In this document: in pieces, positions 47,801 through 61,300 of the stretch
Layout: every line of letters starts with the position of its first letter
Numbering within the stretch: position 1 is the stretch's first letter
Assembly: GCA_965637545.1 (NCBI GenBank)
Contig: OZ281498.1
Coordinates: 5,952,001 to 6,016,000 of the forward strand
Direction of reading: 5' to 3'
DNA: 64,000 bases
Origin: Phallusia mammillata
Taxonomy: Eukaryota
Notes under the pieces: model-generated
Database searches by the model: none
The model's input: the letters and a program-made list of their open reading frames with translations, nothing else
Told to the model about the DNA's origin: nothing
Translations under genes and position numbers: made by a program

Positions 47801-50800
47801 CACGCTTTGGCGAGCACAACTTTATACTTTCTATCTAAACAACACATCAGCCACGCACAAAGAACTGTTAAGTTCCTTAGCTTAACATGCAACGGCTAAC
47901 AGGAAGAGTTTGTGCCTGTGAAGTGGCCCACGTCGTGCCGTGAGTTCATCTTTGCATCTCACAACCAAATGGAGTGACGCGGTCGGCTCGTGGAGCCTCT
48001 AAAACACACTTCTGTGGCCTTTCTTTAAAACAAAGGGCCCCGAGTTACAACGCAGCACCCGTTAGTGTTGAATCACCATCACACAGATACGCGTGGGGAA
48101 AACTAGAGCTCGCTAAAGCTTCCGCGCTGGCAATGTAACTACATACACTAGACACAGAAGCACTTCTATACGGATGGCTACTACATAAAGCACATTGGTA
48201 CATGCACATCCGAACATCATTCAAGAAAGGCTTTGTATTGTAGTAGTTTTCTCACTGAAGCTTATACAAATTCTGTCGCTAATTTATTTTAAACAAAGCT
48301 TCGTTTTCAGAGTTGCTTCTCATGCTATCTCTAAAAATATGAATAGTTAAGTTGCTCGGAGTTCTGTATGGGAGGGTCGTGATCTTACTGGATAAGAGAC
48401 CGCGTCGCTGGCCTGGCGGAAGCTACGTCACTCTGACGAAACCTCGCATGCTGGGACAATATTAATCTCACGCTTCCGTCGTTCCTGTAGATGCCGAAAC
48501 GAAGTCATGCAAACAAAAAGTTGCGTTTCGAATTCTATTTTGAAATTACACGAAGACGCGTTTAACATAATTTTTGATATAAAAGTCTTGTATTTACATA
48601 AGGACCTATTTTATCGTTGTAGGTTTGTGGCATGGTTTTACGTCAACAGTTCGTAATTTGAGTTTTGTTTTTAATTTCTGTAAAAAGCAAACAAACAAAC
48701 AAACATACATACAAAAACGGTTTTACAACAGGTGGTTAAATGTGAAGCTACTTATAAAGACCAAATACATGTTTTTCTGTTAAATTAATACACATTTCAG
48801 TGTACCACAGTAAAAAGACCGTTAATGCGAACCAAATATCATATTTCTATTCTCATGGGAATAGAATGAAAGCGCCTTGTTTGTAGTCGCAATTCTTTCC
48901 GCGACGGTAAAGTTTATGGTTAAATTCGCGATTCGGGAATTTGAAACATGCTATGCCACGGTAGAACAGCCACATTGGCCAGGATAAGCTTAAAAACAAA
49001 AGTCTGACGCCCCAAGGAGACTTTCACACGGGCCTGACAGTTTAATTCATCAGACCTAAACGAAATTCTATCCCTAATTTTGGCAAGTCAAGTGCCCGTT
49101 ACCGCTCCATCGCCTATGTAAGCAACCCGTTGTGAAAGAGGGAGTAAAAAAAAACACCTTTAAATCACTTTCGTTTGATTAATCAAGTCGGGTGCTATGT
49201 TTTGGCTGTTAAAACATCTTAGATTTATTCAATAAATAAAAGATCTTTGTTTTTGATAAAGCAATATTCCAAGTCCTTTTCCGTGTTTCTAGATATGTAA
49301 ATCACTTTTAGTTTCTTAACTAACAAAAATTTATACCATTTTCACAAACATATCAACAACAACTTGGCAGGTCTAGCAGTCAGAATGTAACGTCACCCGC
49401 TTTACGTAACATTGTTTTTGGATGCGACCAAAATAACTCTGATTGGTTTCTCGAAGAAAACTTTCCACATACCAATGTACATGGAGCCAGTCAACAAACG
49501 CAATCCACTTCCGTGACATTACTTGCGTTCGAGTTTTGTTAAATCGAGGCTAAATTCGTTTTTAACACCGTTCTATGCTGACAAGACGCCTTCCATGTTT
49601 GCAGGGAGGATGTTACAACTCGTTAGCAGCAAAAACAAACCGCAACTGATGTACTGACGCCTTGCTGGGTCCATTAAACGCCAAGGATAAAATTGCTGTG
49701 ATTTGCTATCTTATATTATTGCTTGTAGTGTCTAATTGTTTTACCATTGGCCCCGCTAGTACAAAAATGAACTTTTACAGTAGCACACAGTATGAATTCG
49801 ATTTGTAAACGCAAATAAAGGTGTTTTGTCCTGCAGAGAACACTGTTTACCTAACAAGTAACAATACTGTAATGAAAAGCGGCAGTAATGGCACTTGTAC
49901 TTTTGAAAAACAGTTTTATGCTTTTGTACTTGAAAGTCTAATACAGTGGTTTTCAACCAGTGGGAAATCATGTACAAAAGATATTGTAAAAGTTAATGGC
50001 ATCTAAATTGTTAAGTTTTACACGAATATGTAAGGTCATGAATCTGATTATTTCGTCACACAGTTAAGTGTTTTAATCGAATAAAGACCGTAATTGTCAA
50101 TGTAGGGCACAAACATCATCACAAAAAGGGGAAAAGCGAACTTGGTGATAGACTTTAGGAGGTAACTACACGTAAAAGGTTAAGAAACACTGGTCTATTA
50201 GCTCACACAGGAACAAAGTTGAAGCTTACCATGTCACAAATAAAGCGCTCTGTGCAACAGGTTACCCTGATATTTACTTTTCCGATTTAGACCCTAGGCT
50301 GCTTGTCAAATATCACGATTACAAATCAGTTCTAACATTACCCACGACTGACGCTGTGATTTCCTGTAGTCCGCCAACGACCACATGAACTAACAAGCTG
50401 TGTACCTTAAACGCCAAGGACTCGCAAAGATTACATGTTGGGCAACTTCTCCTACGTAGCTAGTCAAACATAAAATACAAATATTGGCGTGACTGTACTA
50501 TTTTCAGGCCATGGTGTATGCTTTCAGCAATAACTAACTATGTAATGTTGGTAATTTGTCTACGAAAACCGGTGATAAATTTACCATAGTTCCTACTCAC
50601 TACTATAGGCATATATGGTAAGTGGCATCTTATATAACCCAACATTGTAGCCTAAACAAGAATAGACAGACGTTGGAAATAAGGGAAATCACAAGTGCTA
50701 TTTCATATGTCTGTTAACATCAATATCAATACTCACCGGTTTCAATTTTATTATCCCACAGTTTCTTTACTTCGACAAAGGTTTTGTGCAGGTGAGGGTC

Positions 50801-53476
50801 TGACATAGATCTTCTGTGTTTGGCTTTTCGACTGATGGCCGGTGGGCTGGGTTTCGTTCGATGCTCCTTGGCGGCCGAAGAACGAAGCTTGGGGGGCACC
50901 GCAGGCTTCGTCTTTGTCGTTGTGGTCGTTATCCGCGCTTCCATGGCCGCGATCACCCCTCGGACATTGACTGGTAAATAAGCATACAACAGTCAGCGCC
51001 TGGCTAACGAAACTACTCTTGATTTGCATTAGTCCAAGGCTGCTGCGTATGAATGCAAGTAGCGAAAATGCAGCCTCGGCAGAACTATAGAGCTCTAACA
51101 CTTCGTATAATAGCCTTTGTTAAAATATGCTGCGTGGCAATTGTTTCATTCTTCACCCCATGACTAGTGTTGCATTTGCCAGTGGTGACTCAGTCGTACC
51201 CGAAATTACAAGAGCTAAAAGCAGAAAAAAAGAACGATGCAGGCGAACTGCCAACGTATGACAAGAATGCCAACATTATACAGCCTTCCCAAACGCCCGT
51301 ACCTGGGTGTTCATAACGTTCTGCGAAAAATCCACGATGATCAACAAATTCGGCATCCACAACCACCAAGCTATCTGTTGGCTCAGCCATTGTGAAAGGC
51401 TGTTTAACAACACTTTAATTGCAGTACCGCTAGGTTTGCACTTTGCTCTGTCTGATGGAACAACAGTTCAGCGATATCAGCAACTGGTAAACTTGGTAGG
51501 TGCGCTAGTTTCCTTGTGCAGAGTTTTACAACTTTCACTTTGCTAAATAGACACAACTTCCCGTCGCCTATCACTCTTAGCTACATCTTTCGCATGGTGT
51601 ATTGTTCGTTTTGTTTCGCCTCGACTAGCAGACTTCCTTGGTGTGATAAAAATATGTTTACAACGACCCTGCGCTATCATAACACAGGGTAGTAATCGAG
51701 GATTAACCCTTGTTAACGAATTATTGCGTCACACCGCTATCTGACTGTTGTCCGAGATGATATACACACTCATACACGTGATTGCGTCGCAACAAAATCG
51801 TCATACACCCGGAAGCGAGCGCCTTAACCAGGCAGGCTCATTTAGGTGATGTCATTTCCTAACTTTACGCTTACAAAGGCGCTCGCGGAATAGGGTGGTG
51901 TCAAAAACTGTCCATTGACCGTTTTTCTAAGAAGCTGGCCGCGTTTTTTTTTTCTTAGGCTACAATACAAGACTGTTTGCATGCAAATGCTGCGAGTCAA
52001 GAAACGCTTCGCCTTGTCTACTTAAAAGCGACTATCGCAGAATATGCGGGTACTGATAAACAAACAGCTACGTCCAATGTATCAATGCGATGCGTTGTGA
52101 TAGCTCTAGTGCGCGTCGCATAAATACGGGGGCAGCAGCATACATACTGCCCACGATCCGTCCTCCACTATACTGCAAAACATTTATCTCTGATGTCGAA
52201 GTAATGTGTCAATTCAAAGCAAAACATACGCGGATATATGCATTGATCAGGTTTTCGCGCTACTGGTTGACTGAAATCCCCTAAAGATGACGTAAGCACC
52301 TGGGAACTTTCACTTTCTTGGGGCATTGGGGGTTTGTTAGGTTTAAGTCGATCACGTCACCTATCCACGATGTGTCGCGCCCCCGGTTTAACGTCTGGAC
52401 CCTGGATGACACTTACGCGTATTTGGCACGTAGCCAGAGGTATGACGCAGCGGCTCTCGAATCCAAATGCCCTTATGAATAAACTCAACGTAGTCTAGTC
52501 TCATAGTACGTCGTAAAATATACGGTTTTCGTGGACTGCTGTTTTACACTATATAATCTAAAAATCGATTTTACGTTGTTGACTCACTAGTGTTGGGTCA
52601 TAACGATTTTTATCGCCACAAATTGTGCCTTATCCACCCCCTGACGACTTAATGCAAACCCGATACGCTAGATACAATTTTCTGCACCCTGATGTAAACT
52701 ATCGTTACATACCTTTTGATCTGATTGCCCAAGACTTATATTACTTTGTGCAGGTCGTTATCCCCGCCCGAACGTCGTCAAACTTGGCAAGTCGTAACCT
52801 CCACAGACAACTTTCAGTTTGCTGTGTACACCTCTTGGTCGTATGCAAAAAGCGGAAAGGGTTGCGTATTTCCGAACTGTCTTAGAAGCCCGCGTTAAGT
52901 TCACAACAGCAGAAGCCACGGCCGCGCAACCCCGGTTTCAATCGGTTGAACTATTGTTACCGACTCTATAACGCTTTCCTGTTTTAAGGCTACAAGGGTT
53001 CGAGATCAGGCAAGAACTGCGATCCCTTGAGAATATATAACCTACATTCCTAAGATTTTATGTTAATAGCACTCACCTTGCGAAGATCGTCGAGTCAGGT
53101 GGCGAACTCCAAGGTCTACTGATGTTGTCCGGCCATAACTAAATGTGGTTGCTTCGGACTTATGTCGCTTTAGAATTGACCTTGTTGGGCCAGTAGCAAC
53201 TCCCTTAGGTTCTGTCTTCTCACTTTTCCTACGTTCGTAAGAATTGCGTTGAGCTATGGGTTGAACGTAAGACGGAATATAACTAGGCCGGGACTTTGCT
53301 GAAGTCTTCTGAGCTTCTGCCACAGCTTTTCCTGGTTGCTGCTCGACCCCGATTTCATTGTTATTTGCGTCATCACTAGGTTGCGGCCGTTCTTGCGCTT
53401 TTCTTTGTGACATCATAATGTCAGGATGCTTCTTGTGAGTAATTCCTCGTTGTACAGAAGTTACAGCACACGCCAT
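35889..53476 (-). CDS. FGD1: FGD-family Cdc42 GEF (DH-PH-FYVE-PH, FGD1/FGD4-like), ~1307 aa, 14 coding exons
   Basis: Exons 53476-53077, 50970-50737, 46606-46315, 41119-39964, 39776-39681, 39593-39445, 39139-38950, 38877-38713, 37794-37645, 37428-37256, 37107-36771, 36695-36549, 36399-36256 and 36179-35889 are all in phase. DH: AKELLSTEESYV, APFLKMY, HMLGPVQRVPRYKMLLEDY. FYVE: WIKD..CMCC..RRRHHCRACGRVVC. The paralog symbol is approximate and the three N-terminal exons are less certain than the core. Confidence 0.92.
41210..41369. mobile_element. Degenerate hAT (Buster-type) MITE, 160 bp
   Basis: Ends CAGTGGT / GGTTGCCAACCACTG; GGTCCGC motifs shared with 20170-20807; TSD only 5/8 (gtataagg/gtatatat). 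Confidence 0.6.
42161..42357 (-). CDS. Putative alternative first coding exon of the FGD gene
   Basis: ATG at 42357 gives MTCDLTEVPLFVPETDERKLRRRKWREHKKKRSKKPSKASCFSIVQEFFKKTSDGCNILCVGGSC. It ends AG|GTAAAA in phase 2, matching the phase-2 acceptor at 41119. Confidence 0.6.
45975..46304. mobile_element. hAT (Buster/Charlie-type) MITE, 330 bp
   Basis: TIRs CAGGGGTTCTTAACC / GGTTAAGAAACACTG; exact TSD gtgtacgc; GGGGTACG subterminal repeats. Confidence 0.93.
49944..50192. mobile_element. hAT (Buster/Charlie-type) MITE, 249 bp
   Basis: Ends CAGTGGTTTTCAACC / GGTTAAGAAACACTG; TSD gtctaata/gtctatta (7/8). Confidence 0.85.
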
Positions 53477-56400
53477 GCGACGTATAGGTTGTGTCTAGGC
53501 TGTAAGCTGACCTGTAGACCAGACAAAACCTACCACGTTCCAATGTCAACAATGCCTACCTTCTGTTCCTCTTCGGCGACGCCTGTAAAACTGACGCACT
53601 CCCATTTACAACCCAGAGGCACGGTGAATCAGACACTATAGATAAAAAGGCAAATGAGCGTTTTTTGTTCACACTTTCGGTTCTTTAACGCAACCTTTTT
53701 GTGAAACTAAAGATTTTCTCGCTTTATTACAGATGTAACGTGCGAAGTTAGTTTTGTCTTTGGGTTTTTTTTTCGCTAAGCTTGTGTCGTTCAGTCGTGT
53801 GAATCTGATACAAACGACACGGTTTGATAGGAAACCTGAGTATCTCGCGGCCTTGAGTAAATACTTAGGTCACGTCACTATCCTAGCAGCTAACTCGATT
53901 GCGGAACTAGGCTACGGGCAGAACCTAACGACCTCTCCATCTGTCTATCTGCCTCACATACCCAACTTTTTGGCTGTTGTTATGATAAGCGCGATTGAAG
54001 AAACCGAACTACTTAAGCTTAATGCGGCACTTTCCTGTACAAAGCGTAAATAAAAGGCGTTAAGCGACGTTTGGTCTTGCATTAAAAACGACAAATCCTG
54101 ATTAACCCGACAAGGCTGAGACGATTGATGGCTGATGTACGTACAGCATCGCAGTTAGGCCACTAAAGTGTTCCCAGAAGGACAGGTGCCAGTCCCGCAG
54201 AGGAACTCGTCGCATTTTACAATTTATAAAGCCACTTCACTTGTTCTGCCAATCATTAATCCAGACATTCGACATGAATTTACTTTGCCTGCGATTAATT
54301 GGAAGTTCAATAATGCTGGGTTTACCCTTGCCGAGGTGATGCATTCAAAACAACGGTTTCCGTAAGGCCAAACTTTTACTTAGGTTAGGGCCTATTGTTT
54401 GCGCTTCGCCTAAAAGTTCATGCCTTGAAGCGTTGTATAAGGCACTGGGCTTTTGACCGGTGAAATTGCTGCACGCAGCTCTTGTAATCCTCACAGTGTT
54501 GCATTTGGCCGTGACAAACTTAGCTATATGTACATACTTCACTGCAGGGCTAAGCACTAACGCTAACTTTTAAAAATTCCTACAGAACTGTCACTTTAAG
54601 AGTCTTAATTCAAACTGGAAGAAAGTTCACAAGCGTTTAGACTGGCGTGCTGCACACCCCTCAATTGCGACGAAGCATATCGCGTATAAACACAATGTTG
54701 CTAGCGACTTTTTTCCTCGAAAGGCGCATCAACCGACAACCAATAGGTCAAGACAATATTGGCCAAAGTCGCGCGTGCCTAATGATTCGGAAACTTGAAA
54801 CCGTTAATCTTGTTCACATTCAAAGCCTTGTCTGCTAGCATTTGTCGTAAAGACGTGTCATTTTATCGTGAAATGATAATCATGGCACGACTGAGATTCA
54901 TGCACAAGCAATAACAATAGAAGCCGCACGGTTTTCCAGACACTTCAATGCAGACGCGTTTTATTTTCAGATCGCCGTTTTACACACGATTTGAGTGCTA
55001 AAATTAAATCTACCCCGAAGAATTACTTGCAACGTGACGGTTGAGCAATGGGTAATTTACGCATCAACATAACAAAGCGGTCTTTTCTCACAATTTTACC
55101 CATCGTGCAGTGAATGCTATCATCAAACTAATCTTTACCCCATTTGGACTGAGGTCAGTTATGTCCTGCAATATTCATAATTGGTTTCATTCGGTGGCTG
55201 CTCAAAGTAGTAAATCTTTGCCGGAACATCATTTTTGAACGAGTGTGGGCAACATGAAAGTCACGTTTTTGTCGTTTGGCATGTTTTGCCCAGTCTCACT
55301 ATCACCAAGGGAATTGTAGGCCTGTGCACTGTGCCAATTTGCCAATTACTACTTGGTCTCACTACGAATTTTAGGAAAAAATAATTCCATAAATTTTGCG
55401 ATAACTTACCAGCGCAAGCAATTATATTTCGACTGTCGCATTAAATTTTATTGCAAAACATGTGGGTGGTAAAGGTTTGTAAGCTTATCAACGCTTCGGT
55501 AGTTACATGCAATGTATTAAATGGCTTTAAATAATATCAGTTCTACCGTGGTTCATCCTGTAGCCTCCCCATTTGCGTAAAGAAAGTGCAACTATGACGA
55601 AAATATGGCAAGAATTAAGTTCGGGCCCCAACTTCATTTTAAATATAAGTCGGTATACGTCGAGAACAGTTCGAACCCGACTTGAAACGTCTGGCCCAAA
55701 TTACTAGCCTGATTGATGACTGTACTATAATCGGCCCTAAAATTAACAGCCTGCCATGCGACAGTGGTAACCACTGACAGTAATAAGAAAACAAAGAAAC
55801 AAACAACTTGGTAACTAAAATTAAGGAAAGAATAAATGCATGACATGTAAGCGGGTCGTCGTCTTATCCCTCTACTCGTTTCACTCGACTTATCAGCAAT
55901 AAACAAGACTACAGCCTAACTTGTGCAATAAAACTATAAATGCCAATACAGTTGGCGACTTATAGCCAAATAGTTCCTAAAATAGAACCTCAAAAATAAG
56001 TGCCGTCCTGCATAAAATAGCATAAATTTGTACAACCTCACTGACAAATGATGCAAAAACATCAACAGCTGGAAGATGCCAGTCAAGCGATACGACTGAC
56101 TGTCAGCGATTTGCGACACGCGACATACCACAGAGTATCGAAAAAGCCCCGACTTCGTGAGAACTGAGAAGTCTGAGAAATGAGAAAATCTGAGATTAGA
56201 AGGGAAAAAAACTTTAAATGCAGTAGAAATAGAATAGAGTAACTACTTATTACAACAGAAATGTGTTTAGACTGTAACACTATAAAGTCGCGATGTTGTA
56301 ACTTCTTAGTAAATTACTTCTCCTTCAAGGAAAAACCAATATAGTAGCAACAATCAAATTTAGTAGTCAGTGTGCTTTTTACATTTTTTCCATAAACTTC

Positions 56401-56493
56401 TTTTGTTTTATTTTTTTTGTAATGCTAACATAAAAATTGTTTGAAGCTGGTATTTAAAGGAAAACTGGGATAGAAATTGTTAAACAAAGCAAA

Positions 56494-58337
56494 ATGGCAA
56501 GTGCTTCTATGGAAACTGTTCCAAAGAGTTTGCGGAATCTTCGAGCATGTCTGCTTTGCTCCCTAATAAAGGTATAAAGTTTTTCCATGCAAATTTTGAC
56601 CTGTTTAAAAACAATAAAGGACGTATCGCTGTTTGTAGTGACAAATGTGCCTTGTGTTAAGCTGGCAACTTATTTTTTTATGTTTAAAGATTTATTAGGA
56701 GTAGAATTTTGCTGTGGCACCATGTGTTAACCAGTCTGCAGAGTGTGGCAGCTGCACGCGCAATTTTTTTTTTGGAAAAAAGTTTTTGCACGAAAATTTT
56801 GCACCAAAGGCATTTAATTCGCCTGTCTTGACCTCTTTTACTTGCTTTGTGCCTGCTAAAATAGGTATTGCACGCGAACTTATGGGTCGTGCACGCGCGC
56901 ACGCGGGACATGTAGGTCCTGCATGCGCGAGATCTCGTCGGGAACTGCCATGTTCTGCAGACTGGTGTGTTAATATGTCTTCCAGCAAAAAATATTTGAA
57001 ATTCAAAACTTACCGGTTAATGTATTTTACAATTAAGAATAAAAATTACGACATTTCTGCCAAGTACTTTGGTAACTTGATAAAATCGACCCATCACTGT
57101 TAAACAACAAAAAAATTTTTTTTATGCTGCAACATTATGTTTTTGTGTAGATTGCTATGTATGTAGTTTTTCACTTTACTGTGACATGTTGCTTTGGGGA
57201 ATTAGCAATACAAAATCTCCACAATATGTTTGAAAATTCATTCGTTACAGATTTGTAGCCTTGAGTATCTGTTCAACTATTTTTTAAACAACTGCTGAAA
57301 TTAAAGTTTGCAGTGGTACATTTACAAGCTATGGTTTAAATTAACTATTAATTTTTAATTATAACAACCATTTACTTCAGCACTCCGATTTGCCTTTGTC
57401 ATGGTATGCATACTTCTTCAGTATGTTTATTCATGAATTATAACTGTATGTAATTCAGACAATTGATCAGTTTGAATATGATGGATGTGAAAACTGCGAC
57501 GAATATTTACACATAAGAGGCAATCGGGAAAGAGTGTATGACTGCACAAGCTCCTCCTTTGATGGGTCAGTTCATAGTAATTTACATGAATGATAAGAGC
57601 TTTAATATATAAGTATATATATATAGTATGTTGGTAAAATAAAACATGCAAGCATGTTGCTGTTCTCAGTATCCATGTTTCACATTTATAGAGTTTTGCA
57701 TTTACATATGACAAAGCTTTGATATCAACAATTTAAATGAAAATGAGATTTGAAAATAAAAAACCAGAGTCTGTGTATGTATTTTATTTTGTCAGACATG
57801 CATACTTATTAAGAGATTGTTTTTTGCAACGTCCTTGTAGGGCTAGTTTGTCGAGAAAAAACAGTGAGAAAATTTGTCTTTAAAAGCGGCTATAGTGCAA
57901 GTGACTGAAGCATGACAAATTGATTAAGGGATTGTGATTCACCATGCTAGTATATATATTTTAATTCTGTTTTTTTGGGACGATTTTGCTTCTGAGATGG
58001 ATATAAATATGTAAACGCAAATTTATGTGTAAATAGAAACAAATCTTAAATATAAATGCTTTTCATGACCTATTCTCTTGTTTCTTTCAGAATCATCTCG
58101 ATGATGATGCCCGAAGACAGTTGGGTAGCGAAGTGGCAACGTATCAGTATGTATTCATACCATGCAGAACAAAAAATCCAAATATATGTTTAAATGTACT
58201 TAATTGCAGGAAAATGCAAACCTGGATGCTATGCTATCAGTGTAACAGGAAGACTGCCTTCAAGCATAATAAGAGACCTTAAAGCCAGTGGCGTGATATA
58301 CCGGTCACGTGACACAAGTCAGAAATCTACTGATTGA
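56494..58337 (+). CDS. SUPT4H1: Transcription elongation factor SPT4 (DSIF small subunit), 122 aa, 4 exons
   Basis: Exons 56494-56571, 57459-57565, 58091-58146 and 58210-58337 give [34 protein letters not shown]...[25 protein letters not shown]...[10 protein letters not shown]. Confidence 0.97.
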
Positions 58338-61300
58338 AACTTGTTGCCATTTAAAATTGCTTTGTTTGATGCGACTTATTTTGTGTGAGAGGCGTTAAAT
58401 GAGGGCCTTGTGTTTCTTGAGCAAAACTGTTTTAGAATACCCTTTTTCTTTTTTTTTGAGTTTTTAGGTCGACTTTAAACTTCGTTAAGCTGGAAAGCGC
58501 ATCTGACCATTTTTTGGGGGCAGCACACAAAAATATAAACGCACTTGCGTTCCAATATGCAACATGGTGGTTCACTACAAAATTAAATCCTGGAAAGTTT
58601 TTGTGGTTTCCCGCTACGTGAGTTTCGGACGTTTGGCGCTTTTTACGTAGTTTCACGTAAGCGTTAGTCGGTATATCCGCTTGGACCAAACAAAAACCTA
58701 AATACAGCATTCTTGTAAGACAACCGCAGCCCCTAGACGTGGTGGAGCAGTATTGCCTTGAAAATTGTTGCAAATATTACTATGTGCTCTAAAATAAACC
58801 TGTTCATATATGAACGAAAAATTGTTTTCACTGCTTGTCAAGTTGTTACTTGTTTTGTTTTATTATCCGCTTGGGGGCGCCGCGTTCACGTTTCCCTCAC
58901 GGGATACGTGTGTCACTAGCAGTATCTGAAGAGCTGTCCAATAAACAGCGTGTTTTTTGGCACTAAAAACTGTGGGCTATTTGCTTTTTCTGCTTAGTGT
59001 TATTTATCTTCTTGGTTTCTTGGGCAGATTTGCTTATTGGTAAGAAAGTGGTGCGCGGTTTTAGTACAGGATCAAGGTATGATAAACTGAAGGTTTGAAA
59101 ACCACAAAAAATCTGGTAGTCTTGATTCTCGCTCGCTCGCTAGGTGGTAGTGTGGAGTAACAAAGAAAGTGTAAATATAGGGTGAAATGTTTTGATTAGT
59201 TTTAAAAAGGTATTGTTAACTATATATAGCCTACTCCTGCAGATATTGTTCGTTAATTGCTTACTATTACTATAACAAAACCCTAAAGTCAGCGAACCAA
59301 CCGTTGAAAATTTAAGGTCAATTTGTCCAGACGTCACGCACACACGTCGTGACCGTGAACTTCATATTTACACTTGCCCCGATCCAAGTACAGGCGCAAC
59401 AGATTTGTGGGACAATGTCTGCTATTTGTTGAACCCTTTGTGATTTTCGTAGATTTGTTTGTTGTTCCCAACCGATGACGCTTGACAATCCATTCAAGAT
59501 TTCCTGGAATCGATCGGATGATGTTTTGTCTGGATTTCCGGTGTGTTGTGTAATTTATAGAGGGACTTTTCAACTTAATATGCACAGTGACTGTTATGTT
59601 GCAAAAATGTATGAATATTAGTGGCGTCATCAGGCTACGTGATTGGGATGACGCCTTTATTGCTGTGTCACTATTAATGTTGAAAGTGTGACTTGTCAAA
59701 ATGAAGGAGCTTTTTTTCCTAAACTGGGTAATTAATAGGAAGTTTAAACAATGTTTGTCAACCTTGCTGGAAAAAAATCCTTGCTGTAAAATAATGCTTA
59801 GTACAGTGTTTATTGTTTCACCCTTTTTGAGCTTGCCTTGGCTTCAGTGAAAATGCCCACAGAAGTAAATCGAATAGTGGTAATTAACATAAAATTCTGA
59901 ACTAAAATTTACGACTTTTAACGCCTTGAGTGATGTTCTATGCATGTTATTTGATAGATATTTCAAACCACACTAAACCTTGACAACCTATATAGGCAGT
60001 GGTTCTTAACATTTGGGTAATTACTCCAAAACCGCTACTTTTTAGGTAATTTCCCGGTGTTACACTTACCCCTGGTACAGAACCCCTGGCTTAGTTGTTT
60101 ACAACATTGCACCGCTTCTTAAGCTAATGTGACGCAGAAATTAAATAAAATAAAGAACATTTTATGAATATTTTATGTCCTACGTATCTTGTTCTTATAG
60201 GTTAAATAGGTTTTGTGTTTAGGTTTCCGGAGGCTTATGCAAGTCAGGAATCTTTTCTGATATATTTTGCGTTTTGCTCGCTTGTTTTCTTGTTTATTAC
60301 ACAAATGCCACAAACTATTGGCTACTGCTAAATACACCCCCTTCAATACAAATTCAAACAGTTTAGAGGTACGTTGATTTCGCTCGGTGAAAACACAATT
60401 ACACCAAAATATCCACCTTGGCGGAAATTAGTTATCTAAATTCTAAGAACACCTATAGGTGGACCGTAGTGTAACTAGTAATTGTTGCCTAACAATTTTG
60501 TCTAAAAAACATTTCTCTGTGTTACAGCGGCTGTGTCCTCTGAAACAAACACAAATATGGTAGGAAAATGGAATAAATCACAAAATGTTATTGTGTTTTA
60601 TATTGTTGGGTGCATTTCCTAAGGTACGCCACCTATAACAAATGTTAGTATTGAAATGTGCGTTGAGAGTAATAATAGGTTGGGTAACAGTAACCCACAG
60701 CAGAGACAGTTTTGTTGTTCACACCGACAAGGCCAATCATCCATGGATTTTCAATTGTATATTAAATGGTTACTGCAAAATGCTGATATATTTAGTTGAT
60801 ATTTTTTTCGTTATATACTCAGCAATACACCGGTAATGAGAAGTTACGAAGTGGGTAATACTGGGGAAAGCTTGCTTCTGACGACAGGAATGTAACGCCC
60901 ATATTCTTTTGTGTAACTCGTGATTTATCGTTCTTAGTCGGCGCGATTTTAATAAACCTTTGATGACAGGCGAAAATAAATAAGAAAGCAACCCTCGAAA
61001 AGGGCCACCATGCCGATGACAATTGCTGTGTCTTGTGATCAGGCGCAACGCAAATAAAGTTCTTTTCTCCGTTTGCCGGCCGTACATCGCTTTCCATTCT
61101 CGCCATCACGATAAGGTCGCCGCAATGTTTTTCACATATTTATGGCACCACAATGCCTGTCGAAAATTATCACATCCATTCTTTTGTCAAGCGCCGCACG
61201 TTTCTTTGCCCTTCAAGCGCCGATTAATTGTGTCCCACCCGCGTTACGAACCCACCCGTGTTTACCTTGTGTTGGCTTGGCTCAGCGCCGGCCTTTCGTT

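Noticed and set aside
48532-48548. Ascidian spliced-leader-like sequence ATTCTATTTTGAAATT
   Set aside because: Imperfect match to the SL as I recall it, with no following GT donor or Sm-site context.
55762-55776. Palindrome CAGTGGTAACCACTG resembling fused hAT ends
   Set aside because: Too short, with no TSD; may be chance.
59997-60088. 92-bp hAT MITE (CAGTGGTTCTTAAC ... AGAACCCCTG)
   Set aside because: The TIRs are imperfect and the flanks (tatatagg/gcttagtt) are not a TSD; at best a decayed remnant.
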